Shown here piece after piece: positions 57,746 through 64,000 of a DNA stretch of 64,000 bases. Position 1 is the stretch's first letter; every line of letters starts with the position of its first letter. Position numbers and translations under genes: made by a program. This DNA comes from Eledone cirrhosa (taxonomy: Eukaryota), in the NCBI GenBank assembly GCA_964016885.1, contig OZ024744.1:41602001-41666000 (forward strand). The letters run 5' to 3'. The notes beneath the pieces are model-generated. The model saw nothing but the letters and a program-made list of their open reading frames with translations, did no database searches and was not told the DNA's origin.

Positions 57746-58600
57746 TAGCAATAAAACCCGGCGTTGCTCGGGGCTGCTCAGTAGCAGTGTTAAAGTTACA
57801 ATGTTAAGTTCCTTTCTTAGCTTAAAAACTGTAGAGTCTACAGTGTAGACCTTCATGTGGTACTTGTGATTAATATTCCCTCAAATTAAGAAAACATAAC
57901 CATAACTCGAATGTTAAAACAAAAGAGGATGCTGGGGATAAAAACTGCACTGGTAATATTCTATTGACAAAAATCGAAAATGTAAACACTGCAACACTTG
58001 TCTCAGAGAAAAACATCAGCGTAACCTAACTATCAGTTATTTTGAAACAAAAAAATTGGATGGACATGAAAGAAAAAAAAATGCAATTTTATCGCCTATC
58101 ACCTCTCTGCACGACTGTCTGTCTGCACAACTTTATCGCCTATATCACCTCTCTGCACGACTGTCTGTCTGCATGCCTCCATTGTCTATCAGCCCGACTG
58201 TCTGTCTGCACAACTTTATCGCCTATATCAGCTCTCTGCACGACTGTCTGTCTGCGCAACTTTATCGCCTATAGCAGTAAAGCCCGGCGTTGCCCGGGGC
58301 CGCTCAGTAGCTGTGTTAAAGTTACAATGTTAAGTTCCTTTCACATTCATCTGTAGAACAAACGTAGCCCATGTGTCAAGTTTTGTGAAAATCGGTTGCG
58401 AACTCCAGAAGTTATGACGTTTTGTTGCATTGCACTACAGTGCTTCAGCCGACTCCAAGGAAGTGGTTGAAGGGGGTTATCTGCCGGGGAGCCCTATTAT
58501 CTATATCTGGAAAAATGACAGTGCCCATGACCATCCGGAGTACATAAGTAACCTATGTCTTAAGTTTGGTGAAAATACTGTAGAAATGTATAAAGTTTAC
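57745..58600 (-). mobile_element. Non-autonomous Helitron with duplicated 3' end and internal tandem subrepeats
   Basis: CCCGagcaacgCCGGG..CTAG|T at 57745-57775; second copy of the terminus at 58270-58342. Confidence 0.75.
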
Positions 58601-58613
58601 ACACACACGTGTG

Positions 58614-58701
<88 letters not shown>

Positions 58702-59316
58702 GGTGGGTGTGTGTATTTGTGTGTGCGTATGTATATGTATGTGTATGTCCGTCGGCGCATACGTATGTACTGGCCTAAATCTTCACTATTTACTTTTACT
58801 ATTTTAAGGCAAAGTTAAAATCCCGTCGAGGTTAACTTTGCCTTTCATCCTTACGGGGTTGATAAAATAAAGTACCAGTAATGTACTGGGTTATTGCTAG
58901 CCTTGTGCCAAAAGTAGAAACAACTATTTTAATAACCTCTGTCATTTTCGTTTACAATTTTATTTACATCATTCTTAAACTCAGGGGCTGAAAATCATTC
59001 TGTTATTTTAAATAGAATATTAGTCTAACGACTCCATTTATACCATAAACTTGGTCTCGTCTTTGCAGGAAATTGTTCTACTCGCTCCACATAACGACGC
59101 ATTTTCCTCGCTTATTTTCCGTTCATTGCCAGGGAACGTCTTCACGAACCAAAATATCATCTTCCTGTTTTCCTTCGGTTGCAACGTTTCTCGAAATATT
59201 TAATTCTGCGTTCACAGATTGAATTTATTAGTTTCAGAAGATCCCGTTAATGTTGAAAGCAGCGATTCTTTGCTTAAACTTTCTTTCTTTCTCAACCCCC
59301 TCTCCCTTTTTTCTCA

Positions 59317-59351
<35 letters not shown>

Positions 59352-59413
59352 TCACTCTCACTCATACCCCCTCTCTATCTCTTCTTCTACAGAATGGAGA
59401 ACAATAAAGAACG

Positions 59414-59498
<85 letters not shown>

Positions 59499-60193
59499 CT
59501 CTGTCTTTATATATATATATGTGTTTGTTTGTGTGTGTGTATGTGTGTGAACCAGCGTTCGTCTCCATTTTCTCTCTCTCTCTCTGTCTCTATCAGATTA
59601 TCTTGTACCTTTTCTGTATAACGACCTATCTCACTCTCTCTACATCTCCCTTTCTCTCTTTAGATGTATATGTGTGTGTGATATATATATAGAGAGAGAG
59701 TTGTAACATGTATGTAGTTTCATAGAGTTTTTTATGGTAGTAGTGAGAGGAATGAAGCGTGTAAGAGAGAGGGTTACAGCATGTATTTAGATTTATCGAT
59801 TTCTTTTCATAGAAGCAGGAAATTTTTGGCAAAAATTATTACGCGTTGACCTGACTTGGTAAATTTGGAGCACATTGGAAAAAAAATCATCAAAATCGGT
59901 AGCGATATGTGGAAATGCATAAAATTCATACACACACACTACCATTTTATATATAGAGAGAAAACGTAAACAAATTTCGGCTAATTAATTCTCTAAAAAA
60001 CCTGTACCACCTTAAGTAAGTATATTTTTTCCTGAGTATTATTTGTACAAAATGCTATCTGTTTCTTAAATGATATATGATTCTTTCGGACTTCCTAAAT
60101 ATATCTTTTGAATTTGAATTATATATATATATAATAAGCGTTGATGGATCCAACATATTTAATAAATGGAAAATATCTTTATAAAACCATATT

Positions 60194-60263
60194 TGTTTTA
60201 TTATACGTATTTCAGGGGTACTAAGAGTACTAATATTTTAGTACGCTTTCGTCAGATAAAATA
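60194..60263 (-). ncRNA. Type I hammerhead ribozyme (left arm of inverted doublet)
   Basis: TATTTTAT-CTGACGA-...GTACTAA..TTAGTAC..-GAAA-TACGTA-TA^ATAAAACA. Confidence 0.8.
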
Positions 60264-60318
60264 CAATAACTTCATGTTATAAGTTCATTGAATTTATAAC
60301 ATTAAGTTCACATTATTA

Positions 60319-60388
60319 TATTTTATCTGACGAAAGCGTACTAAAAAATTAGTACTCTTAGTACCCCTGAAATACGTATAATAAAATA
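60319..60388 (+). ncRNA. Type I hammerhead ribozyme (right arm of inverted doublet 60160-60422)
   Basis: TATTTTAT-CTGACGA-...-GAAA-TACGTA-TA^ATAAAATA; palindromic stem III ATACGTAT. Confidence 0.85.
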
Positions 60389-60523
60389 AATATGGTTTTA
60401 TAAAGATATTTTCCATTTATTAATATTATTGATATTAATGATACTCCGGATTAACACCGTTGAGTGCTTCTAATCTGTTATAAATTAACTTTGTTGTATA
60501 ATCAACAAACCAAATAGCTCATT

Positions 60524-60597
<74 letters not shown>

Positions 60598-60647
60598 TTA
60601 GAATAAAGGAACAAAGAATCAATATTGTATCATAACATACTTAATAA

Positions 60648-60740
60648 CATATTACATATGTTGTTTCACTGTTGATCAGCTCCAGGAACGATCTATTAGG
60701 GATCAAACCTGACTCTGGAATCGAGAGATCCTCAGATATG
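60648..60740 (-). ncRNA. Type I hammerhead ribozyme with extended, imperfect stem II
   Basis: CATAT-CTGAGGA-..TTCCAG...CTGGAG..-GAAA-CA[ACATA]TG-TA^ATATG. Confidence 0.65.
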
Positions 60741-60808
60741 CTTCAATATGCAAGCTCGTCTCTGATGGTGTATGAATATATATATAAAGAAAGAAAGAGA
60801 GAGAGAGA

Positions 60809-60905
<97 letters not shown>

Positions 60906-61689
60906 TCATTTAGAATTTTCAGAGGAAAATAAAATGTTTATGATACCACAAAAAAGGATAAATTTTAACTATACCGCATGCAATATAACAAACAACAAAC
61001 TCGAAAATACTGTAGATATATTACCTTTTTTTAACTATATATATATATATCAAAAGTATATATTGAGTTAAAAACTAAAATTAGTCCCTTATAATCAAAG
61101 TACCTCAAGGAGAACATTTTCCGAGTCTAATAATTGTTTCTGCTATTGGCACAATACTTTATTTTATCGACTCCGTAAGGCAGGATTTGAACTGAGACCA
61201 TAAAGGGTCGTAATTCTTTGCTGCAAAGCATGGCGTCCGACCCTCTACCGATACTGCCGATCCACCGCTAATAATTGTTTCTACTTTTGGCACAAGGCCA
61301 GCAATTATTCCAGTACATTACTGGTACTTTATTTTATCGACCCCTTAAGGATGAATGGCAAAGTTAACCTCGGCAGGATTTGAACTCAGACCATAAAGGG
61401 CCGTAACTCTTTGCTGCAAAGCATGGCGTCCGACCCTCTACCGATACCGTAAAGAGAGACGAACACCGATATATACATATATGTGTTCAAATCACAAGGG
61501 ACAAAAACCGCGAGAGTGAAGTGAATACTGACTAAAAATAATAGGGTTCACAAGACTCAAAAGGATATATTAAGATTTACAAACCGAATATAATAACTAC
61601 CATCATCCAGACAGGTTCACCCTGGCCGTTTTTATCCCATGTGATTTGAACACATATATGTATATATCTGTGTTCGTCTCTCTTCATGC

Positions 61690-62210
61690 CCACCCTCCCA
61701 CATTTCCGACACCAATGATGCCCTCCGCCTTTTCGACTCATTCACCTTTACATCCGGCTCACTTCCCCTTCTCTTCACTCTTAATATATAATCCCTGTAC
61801 TCCGTCATCCTCCACGCCGACGGCCTACTCGCCACCCCACTCACACCAAACACTCCATTCCCTACTCCCAACCTCTCCGGATCGGCCGCCTCTGCAGCCG
61901 AGATGCGATCTTTGAAACCCAGGCCCTTTCTCTGGTCCGTCATTTCTCTCTGAAAAGTCCCCCCCCCCCTACACACACACTCCCTTGTCCACGCCACCCC
62001 CACCCGTGCCTGCGCTGTCCGCCGCATCCCCGCCCTCACCTCACGCCATCCCCCCACTACCGTCTCCCTTTTTCTTTCACCTACCACACCGTCACCCTAA
62101 CCCTCCAGTAGACCTCTCCACCTCCCCCGTCTTCACACTCCCACCCTCCCCTCCTTCAAGCATGCTCGCAACCTCCGCAACCTCCTCGTCCGTACATCCT
62201 TACCCCTCGA
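61690..62210 (+). mobile_element. Internally deleted Penelope-like element RT remnant (Neptune-like)
   Basis: PSHISDTNDALRLFDSF..LLFTLNI*SLYSVILHADGLLA; SIPYSQPLRIGRLCS..FETQA; PSFKHARNLRNLLVR. Confidence 0.7.
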
Positions 62211-62284
62211 AATATCGAACAAAGGTACGCGATCAAATTTGGTGTGAAACTCAATATATCTGCTACCGAAACATTTAATTCTTT

Positions 62285-62585
62285 AACACAAGCTTGTGGA
62301 GACGCCACTCTATCGAGAAGTAAGGTTTTTATGTGGCACAGCGGTTTTAATGAGGGCTGAGAATATATTGAAGACGAACCTTGTTCTGGAAGGCCAATCT
62401 CGTCAACAAATTAACACAATGTGGAAGTGGTGCGACCAGTGATAGCGAAAGAATAATGTTAGGATGATTTCATCAGAAACGAGCTTGGATAAAAATGCAG
62501 TTCACAGAATTTTAACAGACATGCGAAAAATGTGTGCAAAATTAGTGCCTAAACACTTATCTGTGAAACAAAAGCAAACCGAGTG
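62285..62585 (+). mobile_element. Mariner transposase N-terminal fragment
   Basis: LSRSKVFMWHSGFNEG*EYIEDEPCSGRPISS...AVHRILTDMRKMCAKLVPKHLS. Confidence 0.8.
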
Positions 62586-62797
62586 AACGGATTATACCCA
62601 CGTGGATGAGGGATGGCTCGCTGAGTGAGCTATCAGAATTGCGGTAAGTGCAGTAGCTTTCTCATTACAAGCTATTTCGGCATCTGAAGACTTACAATTA
62701 AAAAAAAAAAAAAGAGGAACAATTTTTTATTAAAGACAAAGCTACTGGATAACAGAGAGGATTCTGTTGTTTGTTACTTACCGCAAGACTAAGCAGA

Positions 62798-64000
62798 TGG
62801 CGACGAGATTACGGATGAGCGGAGAAGTAATTAGAGCTTTTAACGGTGAAGGTGACGTTGTCGCTTGGATGCGAAATGTTCGGCTGGTCGCTGAGCTACA
62901 AAAGATAGACAATGTAGCGGGCCTCATTGCACTCTATCTCGAGGGCGACGCATTAGCATTGTACCTCGAGATGGACGACCTCAGCCAGAGGGACGCGCAA
63001 AAAATTGAGCGGCGTATGATGGAAGCGTTCGCGGAAGGACCGCTTACCACGTTTGCTAAGCTGGCAAGGATTAGGTGGAACGATGAGCGTGTGGATATTT
63101 TTGCAGCGGAGATAAAGCGATTGGCCATACTGGCTGGGTTTCAGGTGGAATGCGAACATGTGGTGCGGTTGGCGTTCATAAACGGATTTCCGGATGACAT
63201 CGCGGTGAAGCTGCAGCAAATACCTGGCCACAAGGAAATAGAGATGCGTGCACTGGTAGAGCAAGCCCGCATCATAGCAGAGGATGCCAAGAAGAGTATT
63301 GCGGCAATAGCAGCGACGAAGGCCCGGGGCGACCGACAGCGAAATGGCGAAAGGGAGACAAACACGACGCGCAGTCGCCCGCAAACGTTTAGAGGTCGTT
63401 GTTTTAGGTGCCAGGGCGCGCACATGGCGAGAGACTGTAGAGAGTCAAGGCCGGACATAATTTGCTACTGGTGTAAGCGGCCAGGTCACATCGCTTCAAG
63501 TTGCGACCAGGGAAATGGTCCAAAGGGGGCTACTGCACCGGTAGCTGCGAGTAGAAGCGCTGCCCGTGGTGAAAGTCTTTGTGAGGGGAAAGCCATTACG
63601 AGCCCTCGTGTACACGGGCTGTACGACAACACAGTGACCACGGGCGGGGGGGGGGGGTGCAGAAGTGGAGAGGGAAGAGTAGCGTAAGGGCAGTCGACGG
63701 TAGAAAGATTGAATGTCGAGGTCGCCGCGAGGTGGAGATGGTGGTACGGGGAAAGAAAATAAGGTTTAGGCCATTGTGGTCGACTGCGTCGTGGATGGAA
63801 TCGGCGTAGTTATAGGCATGGACGCGTGACGTTTAACAGCGCCGCACCGGTGTGCGCTGTGAGTACGCGACAGGAGAACGAGAAGGCCCACGAGGAAAAA
63901 TATGCCGCTTACACTATACAAGATAAGGACTTCAAGGCCGTGTTCGACGGGCAACGATGGGTTGTTGAGTGGTACTGGAAGGGAGAACCACCAACACTGA
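62798..64000 (+). mobile_element. Ty3/Gypsy LTR retrotransposon: gag plus decayed protease, runs off the window
   Basis: MATRL..FNGEGDVVAW..LYLEGDALALY; two CCHC-type knuckles CFRCQGAHMARDC and CYWCKRPGHIASSC; ALVYTGCTTT (decayed DTG) in another frame. No 5' LTR recognised. Confidence 0.85.

Overview
Eukaryotic, very AT-rich, repeat-saturated DNA, most likely an octopod cephalopod (inferred from tRNA-derived SINEs resembling the Octopus OK/OR families and massive (TA)n/(TACA)n fields). Nearly all ORFs in the track are microsatellite artefacts. One host gene is supported: the first coding exon of a proprotein convertase, probably PC2 (minus strand, 15171-15398), whose next intron appears to run off the left end. 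The rest is transposon debris: RTE, R4/Dong-like, HERO-like and CRE-like LINEs, two Penelope-like elements (PLEs), a 5.8-kb Helitron inserted into an R4-like LINE, non-autonomous Helitrons, mariner/Tigger fragments and a Gypsy gag. The main hidden signal is a swarm of type I hammerhead ribozyme (HHR) motifs: about 11 look intact and several more are degenerate. They sit in small PLE-terminal or retrozyme-like modules, usually as outward-facing inverted doublets inside (TA)n tracts. One module is a 200-bp tandem repeat whose HHR has a compensatory U3-A8 core and a ~100-nt covarying stem II. All structures were paired by eye; no folding or database search was run.
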